This document shows positions 19,627 to 28,384 of a DNA stretch of 64,000 nt, in pieces. The position numbers and the translations under genes are program-made. The stretch comes from Armatimonadota bacterium (lineage in GTDB: Bacteria; Armatimonadota; UBA5829; DSUL01). Each line of letters starts with the position of its first letter. The stretch's first letter is position 1. The stretch is from assembly GCA_039811685.1 (NCBI GenBank), contig JBDHZC010000008.1, positions 32,001 through 96,000 on the forward strand, written 5' to 3'. Below the pieces are notes generated by a model. That model was not told the DNA's origin, made no database searches, and worked only from the letters and a program-made list of their open reading frames with translations.

Positions 19627-20727
19627 CTAGACCTGAACCTTGAAAACCAGCCATTCCACAAATCGCAGCAGCCACGTCAGAAGCATGATGCTGAGAAAGA
19701 TCATAAACCCCCAGTAAATGATTCCGCTCTGGAGCGCTGCATCAAGACCCGCCGGCAAGACTGTGTGTCCCGGAGTCGCCGCCGTCCCCGATACCGCGAA
19801 AGACAACTTTATGGCGACTCTCTCCAGCGAAGCGACCGACAAGTCGAGCGCCTGATGAATCCGCCCGGCATTCAACCACAATACGAGAAAGGTCGCAGCA
19901 AAAGCAACCGGTACAAAAGTCTTGTATTTGACTTGCTGGTGCTGAGCGTAGATGGGACACCTGCGACATCTTTCACGTTTCTGTGCCGGGGTAAGAGTTG
20001 GCGGCGATCCCTGGCTGGAGAGCAGCCCCTTGCGCACCTGGTCGTAAAACCCCTTGCTTCCCTCGCGAATCTCAACAGCTCGCAGGATGATCTTTTCCTC
20101 GCAGAAGCACCCTTCTTTTTTACGCCAGCAAGCCTTGCGCTCAGTGAAGCGCGGACAGAGATTGCGCACGTATGGCCGGCAATAGTCTGTCTGCCAGCAA
20201 GCCAGCGCGGGACCCGGGATTTTCTCGGCCGCCTCCTTCTGGTGCGGAACCGGGACTGTGCGGGACTTTCGCCGGCCGCTCCACGCAGCGGCGATTCTCT
20301 GGCTCAGATCATACGCGATCACCAGCGCGCCAGGAATCCAGCATGCCAAAGCTATCCGCAGAGCCGCGTGTGCCATTGCCGACAGAAAATCCGGACCTTT
20401 GACTGGCAGAAGAACCGGCGCAGCGAAGGGAACTCCCCAGTAGATGACTCCTCCCACAAGAGCCAGCGCGTAGCCTGTCGCCTCCTCCGTCCCGTATTCC
20501 ACTGCTGCGCCTATGGCCAGGAGAGCCACACCCCACACCAGCACGCGCAGCATGAGGCCGTAGCTGGCAAGCATCCGAGCGCGCTCCGCTGCGGGGATAG
20601 TCGTGGAGAGGCCGGGAGCTGTCGCCAGTGCGAAGATCAGCAGGGCGACGCCGATCAACGAGAACGCTAATCCGAGCCGAATCGCCAGAGGGCTCACGCG
20701 CAGCAGAATTGTTCTAATGCTGTCCAA
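19627..20727 (-). CDS. Multi-pass membrane protein with a Cys-rich (two-CW-like) soluble loop
   Basis: About 6 TM segments; CWQTDYC..CP..CW..GCFC..CRRCPIY; 3 nt from the accB start. Confidence 0.75.
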   Translation of the reverse strand: MDSIRTILLRVSPLAIRLGLAFSLIGVALLIFALATAPGLSTTIPAAERARMLASYGLMLRVLVWGVALLAIGAAVEYGTEEATGYALALVGGVIYWGVPFAAPVLLPVKGPDFLSAMAHAALRIALACWIPGALVIAYDLSQRIAAAWSGRRKSRTVPVPHQKEAAEKIPGPALACWQTDYCRPYVRNLCPRFTERKACWRKKEGCFCEEKIILRAVEIREGSKGFYDQVRKGLLSSQGSPPTLTPAQKRERCRRCPIYAQHQQVKYKTFVPVAFAATFLVLWLNAGRIHQALDLSVASLERVAIKLSFAVSGTAATPGHTVLPAGLDAALQSGIIYWGFMIFLSIMLLTWLLRFVEWLVFKVQV

Positions 20728-20864
20728 AGCGCTGATGCCCCCTGCGTCCGGTCTCGCTTGCTACCCGAAGGGCAACCTCCAGCGATCGCCACCTCCGGGT
20801 CCGGAGAAAGCTCCAGTACGCATAAGCCCTGCGGGCGTTGCGCCCGGCTAACGGCGCGGAAGCG

Positions 20865-21425
20865 CTATCGCACTCTCTCCAGATAAGAGTCTGTACGGGT
20901 ATCAACTTTGACCTTGTCACCGACATTGATAAAGAAGGGTACTCCCACAACAGCGCCTGTCTCCAGTGTTGCAGGCTTGGAACCGCCGGAGGCCGTGTCA
21001 CCCTTCATATTTGCAGTCGTCTCCACCACTTCCAACTCGACGAAAAACGGGATCTCTGCGTCAATAACATTGCCGTTGTGGATAACTGCTGTCACCGGAG
21101 AGTTTTCTTTCATGTACTTGACCTGATCGCCTATGAGAGAGGCGTTGATGTGAACCTGGTCAAAGGTCTCCATATCCATCAGGACAAGCTCATCGCCATC
21201 GTTGTAGAGATACTCCATCTCCTTGCGCTCTACGACGGCCTGTTCCATGCGCTCCCCGGCACGAAATGTCTTCTCCGTAACGGCGCCACTGCGCAGATTC
21301 TTGAGTCTGGTACGCACAAATGCGCCGCCCTTTCCGGGCTTCACGTGCTGGAATTCGACGATGGTGTAGATGTCACCGTCCTGTATAATGTGCAGGCCGT
21401 TTCTGAAATCGCTGGTGTCGATCAA
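20865..21425 (-). CDS. efp: Elongation factor P
   Basis: HVKPGKGGAFVRT, GDTASGGSKPATLETG; TTG 21425 with GGAGG RBS. Confidence 0.97.
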   Translation of the reverse strand: MIDTSDFRNGLHIIQDGDIYTIVEFQHVKPGKGGAFVRTRLKNLRSGAVTEKTFRAGERMEQAVVERKEMEYLYNDGDELVLMDMETFDQVHINASLIGDQVKYMKENSPVTAVIHNGNVIDAEIPFFVELEVVETTANMKGDTASGGSKPATLETGAVVGVPFFINVGDKVKVDTRTDSYLERVR

Positions 21426-21488
21426 ACGCAATCCTCCTGAAAGTGTAGAGTCAGTAAAGTGCCATATCTGTCGTGTTGCGCGGCGGTT

Positions 21489-21497
21489 ATTATAGCA
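21489..21497 (-). promoter_or_regulatory. Extended -10 promoter (TGcTATAAT) for the efp-accBC-nusB-folD operon
   Basis: Perfect TGnTATAAT about 64 nt upstream of the efp start. Confidence 0.6.
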
Positions 21498-21823
21498 CGC
21501 TGCGGCAAAGGAGCACTGCGGGAGTAACATCTCTATCCGTCAGGGCCGCTACATGCCATAATACATTAGGAAACGCGTTAGCGTCTCTTTTTTCACTCGC
21601 CAGCCCGAGCGCACCGCGGCGAAATCAGCCAGACTCATTGCGACGCCCACCGCGCAACGGGAGCGTCGTCAGCCACAAAGCTGAAAGCCATTAACTGACT
21701 CTGGCACTCATCGCAATTCAGCCGTCTAACACAGTTGCAGAACTCCACTATATTCGAAGCCGACTGCGCTCTGACACGCGACAAAAGCGTGCTCAAGCCT
21801 GCCGCACAGGAGCCATTCACTCT

Positions 21824-24800
21824 ATGAAGCCCACTTCAGCCTGTCTGAGACTTCTTGCTTTTGCGCTGTTGAACGCTTTTCTGTTACCTGCTGCGGTTCA
21901 AGGCGCGGTTGATCAGGCCGACGCAGCGCGAATAATGCCGGTCTCCCAGGTTAGAGCCGGAATGCGCGGGTACGGACTAACTGTTTTTCACGGGCAGACG
22001 ATTGAACGCTTCGACGTGAAGGTGGAGGGGGTGCTTCCCAATATCAATTCCGGCCGCCCGCTGATTCTGGTAAGGGTCGGTGGAGGTCAACTCAGCAGAC
22101 GCGCCATCAACATCGCCGAAGGGATGAGCGGTAGCCCGATTTACATCGGTGGCAAAATAATCGGCGCAATTGCCTACGCCGGCAGCTTTGCTGTTGAGCC
22201 ACTTGGGCTGGTCACGCCGATTGAAGACATGCTTGGCGCGTGGGACCCCAAAATGCCTACGGTACCGCCCGGAACCGGACAGATCAAGCCACTGCCCCAG
22301 CCAATCAGGATTGACGGAAAGGCGATGACATCCGTCGGTATTCTGCCCTCAGTAGATAGCAAACCCACAGGCGATGATCCAACGTGCGGGTGGTTCCGGC
22401 CGATGGCAACGCCACTCATTGCTTCAGGACTCTCGGCAAAGACGCTGGCGATGGCGAGCGATAAGCTGTCCATGCTCCCGGTGAGTGTTCGCCCCGGACC
22501 TGGCCGGATGCCGGGCACGCAGATTCCACTGAAGGAAGGCTCCGCAGTTGGCTTCTCCCTGGCAACCGGTGACGTGGAGATGACGGCCATCGGTACTGTG
22601 ACGTACGTGCGCGGCGGCCGTGTGCTGGCCTTTGGCCATCCATTTCTCGGCATGGGTCCGATTCAACTCCCTATGAGCACCGTCTGGGTGCACGATGTCT
22701 TTCCGAGCTACGAAGCCTCTTACAAAATGGCGTCACCAGTTTCGATTGTGGGCACATCCGCTCAGGACATGCCCTTCTCCGTGGCGGGAGTCATCGGCAA
22801 GGCGGCGGAGATGGTTCCTGTTGAGGTCAACGTGCGGGGAGATACAGCAGGACCCGGAAGACGCTTCCATGTCAACATTCTGAAGCATCCGCTTCTGACG
22901 CCGGTGCTGGCCAGGCTCGTCACGAGCGAGGCGCTCTCGCGCGAGCGCCCGTACCCTGGAGAAGCGATGGCCAGAGTCAGTGTGGCGGTCACGGGGAAAG
23001 ACATCGGGACGGTGAAGCGCAGCAATTTGTTCTTCAGCCCGGTGGACATCACGCAAAGCGCGCTGGGCGATTTGCAGGACATCATCAGCCTGCTGCAGGA
23101 CAACAGATTTCATCCGGTTGCGATTACAAAGCTGAGCCTTGATGTGGATATCATCCAGACTCGCCAAACCGCAGACATCGAACGGATGACCATTGACAGG
23201 TCAGTCTATCAACCCGGAGAGACCATTGACGTTGCTGTGCAGATTCGCCCCTACAGCAAGGACCCCGTCGTCCGGCACGTTGCCGTCAAAGTACCGGACA
23301 ACGCAATGGACGGGCGGGCGATTCTGATTGTGCAGGGAGGAAGCGCGGCCAGTGGCATGCCAGCGCTACCACTTGTGGTCGGTTCCCAGGCTGTGGCCAA
23401 ACCGGCCTCACCGGGAGAAATCCGCGAAGCCGCAAGCATAAAGCAGATGTTGCAGCGCTACTCGGAGCTGAACACCAACGATCAGCTCGTCACAAGACTC
23501 CAGCTTCCCACAGCTTCCTTCAGTATTGAGGGAGAAAAGCTCGTGAACTTCCCGCCTGCGATGGAGAATGCTATCCAGACACCGCGCGCCACGTCTTCAA
23601 CTTTGATACGCGATGAAGTCAAGGTCGCGAGCACGACGGATTGGTACGTCAACGGAACGCAAGGGTTGCCGCTTGTAATCAGGCGCAAAAGCCATTCCGA
23701 GAAAGCGACTTCCGCAGCACCTCCAGCATCCGCCTCTCCTACCGAAACAACACCCGAATCGACCGACCAGGACGCCTCCAAGACTGTGGTAGCCATTCTG
23801 GATGACGGATCAGAGGACGTGTCTGTGTCACAGGCTCACAGAGAGCCCTGGCTTCAGCAGTTCAATGCCGCAAGCTCGGACACTGATTCCTCAAGTGATG
23901 CAGAAGCGAACGTGTCCGACGACACTACTCAGGACACCTCGTCAGAGGACACTGCGTCAACAGTCTCGGGTGACGACACTTCAAAGAGCGCTGCATCGCC
24001 GGAAACCTCCGCGGACGCCGCAAAGCCGGATGGTTCAACGTCCAAGAAGCCGGAACAAAACGGCAAGCCCAAGGTTGCAGACATTGGACGCACCACCAAA
24101 ACGTGGCTGCAGACAAGTGAGGCGGATTTCCTTAAGGGTGATCCGACAGGCGCCAGCGTAAGCTCCGCCGGAGCTGTTGTTCCAGGATACAACCTGTCCA
24201 GAATCGGCTCTGTGGAAGACCCGTACATCTGGGCTTTGTGTCAATACGGCGACGATGCTTTTCTGGCGGCAACAGGAAGCAAAGGGCGCGTCTGGAAAAT
24301 CAACAAGGACTTGAGTCAACCGTTGTTCTCAGTCAGTGGCTCACAGGCTACCAGTCTGACGCTCACGTCAGATAGTCGAATCTGGGCCGGGAGCTCCCCA
24401 GATGGCGCCGTGTGGAGTTTTGAGAAGGGAGAAGCTCGAAAGGTCGCGACACTGCCAACCAAACACATAGCCGCACTGGCTTTGGCAGGCAGTGACAGTG
24501 TCTATGCGGCGGCGGGCGATAGCGGAAAAATCTGGCTTGTCACGGCAAACGGCACAGTATCGCTTTATGCTGACACACACCAGCGCAACACGCAGACTCT
24601 CAAGGCAGCCGACGGCGTTTTGTACGCTGGCACGTCAGGTGATGCGGCGGTCTGGAAGATAGCCGATGGACGCGCTGAGGCACTGCTGCGAGTGAATGAA
24701 GATTATGTCAGCAGTGTTGGTGTCACGAGCGGAGGCGTTGTGTATGCGTCAACAGGGCCACGCGGCAAAGTGTACCGAATCGAGCAGGGAAAGTCGGCAC

Positions 24801-26215
24801 TGGCCGTTGTGGACAAGCTGAAAGGTTCTTCCGCTCCGCTGGTTGTAAACGCCGACCAGTCGGTCACAGTTGTAGATGATGAAAGCGTCTATCGCCTGTT
24901 TCCAGACAACACAAAGACGACTCAAAAGGCTGACGATCTGCAGGATGTATTTGCTTTGAGCGCAACATCGGCAGGTGACATAATCGGAGGGACGACAAAT
25001 GGCAGCGTGCTCTGGCGGCTCAGCCCGGCCACGAGCGCCTCATTTGAATCCGCCGTCCACGACGCGGGCCGGCTCGCTCGCTGGGGATTTGTCCAGGACG
25101 TTACAAGAGGTGGAAAGACACAGCTTGAAGTGCGTTGCGGCAACACTCCGGAGCCTGATCAGACCTGGAGTGCCTGGAAGGCCGTGGACAACAGCTCCAG
25201 CGCCGGAATCAGCAGCCAGAGATATCTGCAATATCGAGCGAAGCTGTCTGATGGATCGGCGCGGTTGGAGCAGGTTCAGATCAGCTATCTGCCCGTGAAT
25301 CAGCCTCCAACAGTGAAGCTGACAAAACCCGTCGCGGGCGCGGTGATTAGCGGCAGTCAGACGGTCTCCTGGTCCGGAAGCGATCCAGACGGGGACAAAC
25401 TGAGCTACAAACTGTTCTATTCAGCGGACAAAGGCAAGACCTGGAAGGTCCTGGACGGGGCGGTGGCCCGCGCATCCTCCACGGCGCAGACTACAGAGAC
25501 CAAATCCGAGCCGCCCAGCTCCACTCAGAAGCCCGCAGCCCAAAAGGTGACTCTACCTGACCGGGCCGAACTGGAAGCTATGCTCAAAGACCATCCAGAA
25601 ATTCCGGCTGAATTGCGCGAGCAGATACTGGCTTCAGCGCCGGAGGTGCGCGAGAAGTTCAGCACTGAGTTGGAAGCGGAAAAGCAGGAAAAAGCAGCGA
25701 GCGCCGCCGGGACCGCGGCATCACAGGAGAAGTCTGAGAAATCCACGACCAACACATCCTACACCTGGGATACAACCAAATTCGACGATGGACTCTATCT
25801 GCTCAAAATCGAAGCCTCCGACGCACTTGCGAACGGTCCTGACGCCTTGACCCACACAGCCCAGATTGGCCCTATCCGCGTTGCCAACGCAAAGCCCGAG
25901 ATCAGACTCTTTGGCTGGGCTGAGCCGGAAGATGGTGGAGAGCTCATGGTCAGAGGACACGCCAGCAGCAAGTCCGCGACGATCGTCACTGTCCAGTATC
26001 GCGTTGACGAAAAGGGTGACTGGGCGGTCGCCGTGCCTGCAGACGGGATGTTTGACGGCTTCATTGAGGACTTCAGAGTGCCTTTGAAGGGCATCAAAGA
26101 CGGCCAGCACACCGTTGAGGCACAGATTAAGGATTCGGCCGGAAACACGGCGCGCGTTGAGCGGACGATCAAGATCAGAGCAAAAGCGGCGCAGAAGCCA
26201 AAAACTGAACCGTGA
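21824..26215 (+). CDS. Secreted SpoIVB/S55-type serine peptidase fused to an acidic linker, beta-propeller and Ig-like domains
   Basis: Signal peptide; EGMSGSPIYIGGKIIGAIAY; IGTVTYV..LAFGHPF; Ser/Asp/Thr linker; repeated xYAxxGxxGxxW blades; NQPPTV..DPDGDKLSY..WDTT..DG.Y Ig-like segment. Confidence 0.85.
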   Translation: MKPTSACLRLLAFALLNAFLLPAAVQGAVDQADAARIMPVSQVRAGMRGYGLTVFHGQTIERFDVKVEGVLPNINSGRPLILVRVGGGQLSRRAINIAEGMSGSPIYIGGKIIGAIAYAGSFAVEPLGLVTPIEDMLGAWDPKMPTVPPGTGQIKPLPQPIRIDGKAMTSVGILPSVDSKPTGDDPTCGWFRPMATPLIASGLSAKTLAMASDKLSMLPVSVRPGPGRMPGTQIPLKEGSAVGFSLATGDVEMTAIGTVTYVRGGRVLAFGHPFLGMGPIQLPMSTVWVHDVFPSYEASYKMASPVSIVGTSAQDMPFSVAGVIGKAAEMVPVEVNVRGDTAGPGRRFHVNILKHPLLTPVLARLVTSEALSRERPYPGEAMARVSVAVTGKDIGTVKRSNLFFSPVDITQSALGDLQDIISLLQDNRFHPVAITKLSLDVDIIQTRQTADIERMTIDRSVYQPGETIDVAVQIRPYSKDPVVRHVAVKVPDNAMDGRAILIVQGGSAASGMPALPLVVGSQAVAKPASPGEIREAASIKQMLQRYSELNTNDQLVTRLQLPTASFSIEGEKLVNFPPAMENAIQTPRATSSTLIRDEVKVASTTDWYVNGTQGLPLVIRRKSHSEKATSAAPPASASPTETTPESTDQDASKTVVAILDDGSEDVSVSQAHREPWLQQFNAASSDTDSSSDAEANVSDDTTQDTSSEDTASTVSGDDTSKSAASPETSADAAKPDGSTSKKPEQNGKPKVADIGRTTKTWLQTSEADFLKGDPTGASVSSAGAVVPGYNLSRIGSVEDPYIWALCQYGDDAFLAATGSKGRVWKINKDLSQPLFSVSGSQATSLTLTSDSRIWAGSSPDGAVWSFEKGEARKVATLPTKHIAALALAGSDSVYAAAGDSGKIWLVTANGTVSLYADTHQRNTQTLKAADGVLYAGTSGDAAVWKIADGRAEALLRVNEDYVSSVGVTSGGVVYASTGPRGKVYRIEQGKSALAVVDKLKGSSAPLVVNADQSVTVVDDESVYRLFPDNTKTTQKADDLQDVFALSATSAGDIIGGTTNGSVLWRLSPATSASFESAVHDAGRLARWGFVQDVTRGGKTQLEVRCGNTPEPDQTWSAWKAVDNSSSAGISSQRYLQYRAKLSDGSARLEQVQISYLPVNQPPTVKLTKPVAGAVISGSQTVSWSGSDPDGDKLSYKLFYSADKGKTWKVLDGAVARASSTAQTTETKSEPPSSTQKPAAQKVTLPDRAELEAMLKDHPEIPAELREQILASAPEVREKFSTELEAEKQEKAASAAGTAASQEKSEKSTTNTSYTWDTTKFDDGLYLLKIEASDALANGPDALTHTAQIGPIRVANAKPEIRLFGWAEPEDGGELMVRGHASSKSATIVTVQYRVDEKGDWAVAVPADGMFDGFIEDFRVPLKGIKDGQHTVEAQIKDSAGNTARVERTIKIRAKAAQKPKTEP

Positions 26216-26221
26216 GCGCGG

Positions 26222-26803
26222 TCAGTGCTGCGCGGCCAGATCCTGCTTCATCCACTCAATGTTGCGTGGGATGGTGGGGTCGGCAGGGTCAAGAGACTGT
26301 GCGTAGGTCATAACGCGAATTGCGTCCTTGAGTAGTCCGAGACGGCGGTAACAGTGCGCCAGCGTCTTCCAGGCTTCAACGGGCGCTGAGCGGTTGCAGG
26401 CGTGGCTAAGCCAGAGAGCAGCCTTCAGATAGTCTCCGCGGCCGGACCAGTGCAATCCCGCTTCAAAGTAGGGTTCGTAGTCATCCGGATTGGCCCGGAC
26501 GGCCTCAGCAAACATGCTCTGCGCCTCACTGTCGCGTCCAGAGCTCCACAACAGCCACGCGGCCAGGGAGTAAACGCGCACGTCGTGAGGGTTGCGCGCA
26601 ATCTGCATCTTGAACTCCTGCACGGCGCGCAGATAGTCGCCGCTGTGAAACCACTCGTCCGCCTGAGCGTCAAGCCTGTCAAAGATCTGGTTGATGATGA
26701 CGCCGGAGTTGTCCGCTGCCGCTTCAGACGAGGACGCACCTGCTCCGGGGCTGGCCCACGGAAGCGCGACAGTTGCGAGACACACGAGCAGGAGTGCTTT
26801 CAA
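26222..26803 (-). CDS. Exported tetratricopeptide-repeat protein
   Basis: Signal peptide; TPR-like helices (NPHDVRVY, NPDDYEPY, LDPADP). Confidence 0.75.
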   Translation of the reverse strand: MKALLLVCLATVALPWASPGAGASSSEAAADNSGVIINQIFDRLDAQADEWFHSGDYLRAVQEFKMQIARNPHDVRVYSLAAWLLWSSGRDSEAQSMFAEAVRANPDDYEPYFEAGLHWSGRGDYLKAALWLSHACNRSAPVEAWKTLAHCYRRLGLLKDAIRVMTYAQSLDPADPTIPRNIEWMKQDLAAQH

Positions 26804-26807
26804 AGTA

Positions 26808-27257
26808 TCAGATATGTATCATGTAGCCAGCCTGCGCGTTGGCTGAAAGTTGGATCTCCAGCATCTCCTGCAAAGTCATTCCGTCTGCAACTTCGGTGAT
26901 AGCTTTCGCCAGTCTTTCCCAGAATGCGTGAACACCGTAGGAAGAGTGGTGCTCACATTTGTCCAGACCGCCGGGCTCAAGACAGGCAATAGGCACAAGC
27001 TCACCTGAGAGCGTCCGCAAGACATCGCCGACTGTAGTCTCGGATGCTGGCTTCGCAAGCATGTAGCCACCCGACGCGCCTCGGACACTTCGAATCAGCC
27101 CACCTCGACGCAGAGTACTGAGAAGTTGCTCGAGAAACTGTTCTGGGATACCCTGGCGCGCAGCAATCTCCTTTGACTGAATCGGGCCGCCGCTGCCACG
27201 CTGCGCCAACTCGAGTACGGCGCGCAACCCGTAGTCTTCGCGTGCAGTAAAGTTCAT
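26808..27257 (-). CDS. Rrf2-family transcriptional regulator (CymR/IscR-like)
   Basis: YGLRAVLELA, IPEQFLEQLL, SVRGASGGYMLA. Confidence 0.93.
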   Translation of the reverse strand: MNFTAREDYGLRAVLELAQRGSGGPIQSKEIAARQGIPEQFLEQLLSTLRRGGLIRSVRGASGGYMLAKPASETTVGDVLRTLSGELVPIACLEPGGLDKCEHHSSYGVHAFWERLAKAITEVADGMTLQEMLEIQLSANAQAGYMIHI

Positions 27258-27267
27258 CTCTTCTATG

Positions 27268-27273
27268 ATTATA
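27268..27273 (-). promoter_or_regulatory. -10 box TATAAT 10 nt before the Rrf2 start codon
   Basis: Minus strand reads TATAATcatagaagagATG. Confidence 0.5.
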
Positions 27274-27316
27274 GACGCCTGGCTCAGAACCTGCCCACGC
27301 CCATTCCAGAGCGGCG

Positions 27317-28255
27317 CTATTCGAACGTCAGCCGCGAGATCTGAATCCCATTCAGGTCTGGCAGGAGGTATGCGATAAAGAGTTGTCCTCGGTCTTCGAC
27401 GATTTCCGGTGCGGCAATCGGCAGTGTGCCAACCAGACAGCGGTCGTCATTAATGCCGAAATTAGTGGGGTCTGTTGAGTGATAGACGCTAGTCCGCGCA
27501 TTGCGGCCGTAAACCTGTGTTCTAAACAGATAGAAGCTGCCATCCGGCGCCTGATAGACGAAAGGGGATTCAGCCGAACCAGGGCCATCTCCCGCCGAGC
27601 CGCCGAAGGCCACCCTGCGGGAAGCGCTCCACGTCTTCAAATTCCGCGAAGTCCGCAGAAACACTGCGCCTTTCCTGTCAATGATCGCGGTGTAATAGCA
27701 GTGCCAAACGCCCTCGATGTTGATAACCATTACGTCGCGGGTGTTGGACAGATCCCCCTCACTGAACATCCCCGCGCGCCCATTGTGAACAATGCGCTTG
27801 AAAGATTTTCCATCCTGAGACTCGGCCATGCAGATACTCTTCCAATCCCCGTAGAACATCAGAAACCTGTTGCGGGCCGGCAGCACGTAAGGCGCCTGGA
27901 GACCTCCGGGCGTCTCGCCTTTAGATGGGTCCGCTTGCATGGCGATTCCACGCGGAGTCCAGTTTGCGCTGGTCAGATGAGGGCTCTCCCAGCGGTAGAA
28001 CAGACGGGTTCGGCCAGGCTCCTTAGTATCGCGTATGCACGACCAGAGCTGCCAGGTCCCGTCCGCCGCTTTCCAGACTGCGAAATCAACAGGCTGCTGG
28101 TCAGGCCCCGTGAGATCACCCAGGTCCGGATTACCGGCGATTTGCCAGGGCTTGCCTTCCATCCTGGGCATCCGGGGGCCTGCGAGAGAACACGTGGAGC
28201 ATAGCCCCGCAAGCAGAATAACTTGAACCAGACATGATGAAAAGAAGGCATTCAT
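27317..28255 (-). CDS. Secreted five-bladed beta-propeller glycoside hydrolase (GH32/GH43-like)
   Basis: Signal-like N-terminus at ATG 28255; PVDFAVW, LQAPYV, TRDVMV, AESPFV, AAPEIV blade motifs. The longer track ORF extends into the antisense of the next gene. Confidence 0.8.
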   Translation of the reverse strand: MNAFFSSCLVQVILLAGLCSTCSLAGPRMPRMEGKPWQIAGNPDLGDLTGPDQQPVDFAVWKAADGTWQLWSCIRDTKEPGRTRLFYRWESPHLTSANWTPRGIAMQADPSKGETPGGLQAPYVLPARNRFLMFYGDWKSICMAESQDGKSFKRIVHNGRAGMFSEGDLSNTRDVMVINIEGVWHCYYTAIIDRKGAVFLRTSRNLKTWSASRRVAFGGSAGDGPGSAESPFVYQAPDGSFYLFRTQVYGRNARTSVYHSTDPTNFGINDDRCLVGTLPIAAPEIVEDRGQLFIAYLLPDLNGIQISRLTFE

Positions 28256-28384
28256 AGACGCTTGTTTCCACCGCTGTGGCGCGCTGTCCTGCGTGAGAGG
28301 CAACGGCAGGGATATGCGCCGTTCGAAGAGAAGCCTCTTGCGAATAAGGACGTCACGATAGATCGTGTTTGGAGGTAGCATCCA

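Noticed and set aside
19396..20670. 424-aa + strand ORF
   Set aside because: Antisense to accB and the membrane protein; Arg/Ser-rich shadow composition.
21824..22700. SpoIVB-like domain as evidence of sporulation
   Set aside because: No other sporulation genes; the secretin and PEP-CTERM indicate a diderm; the architecture differs from true SpoIVB.
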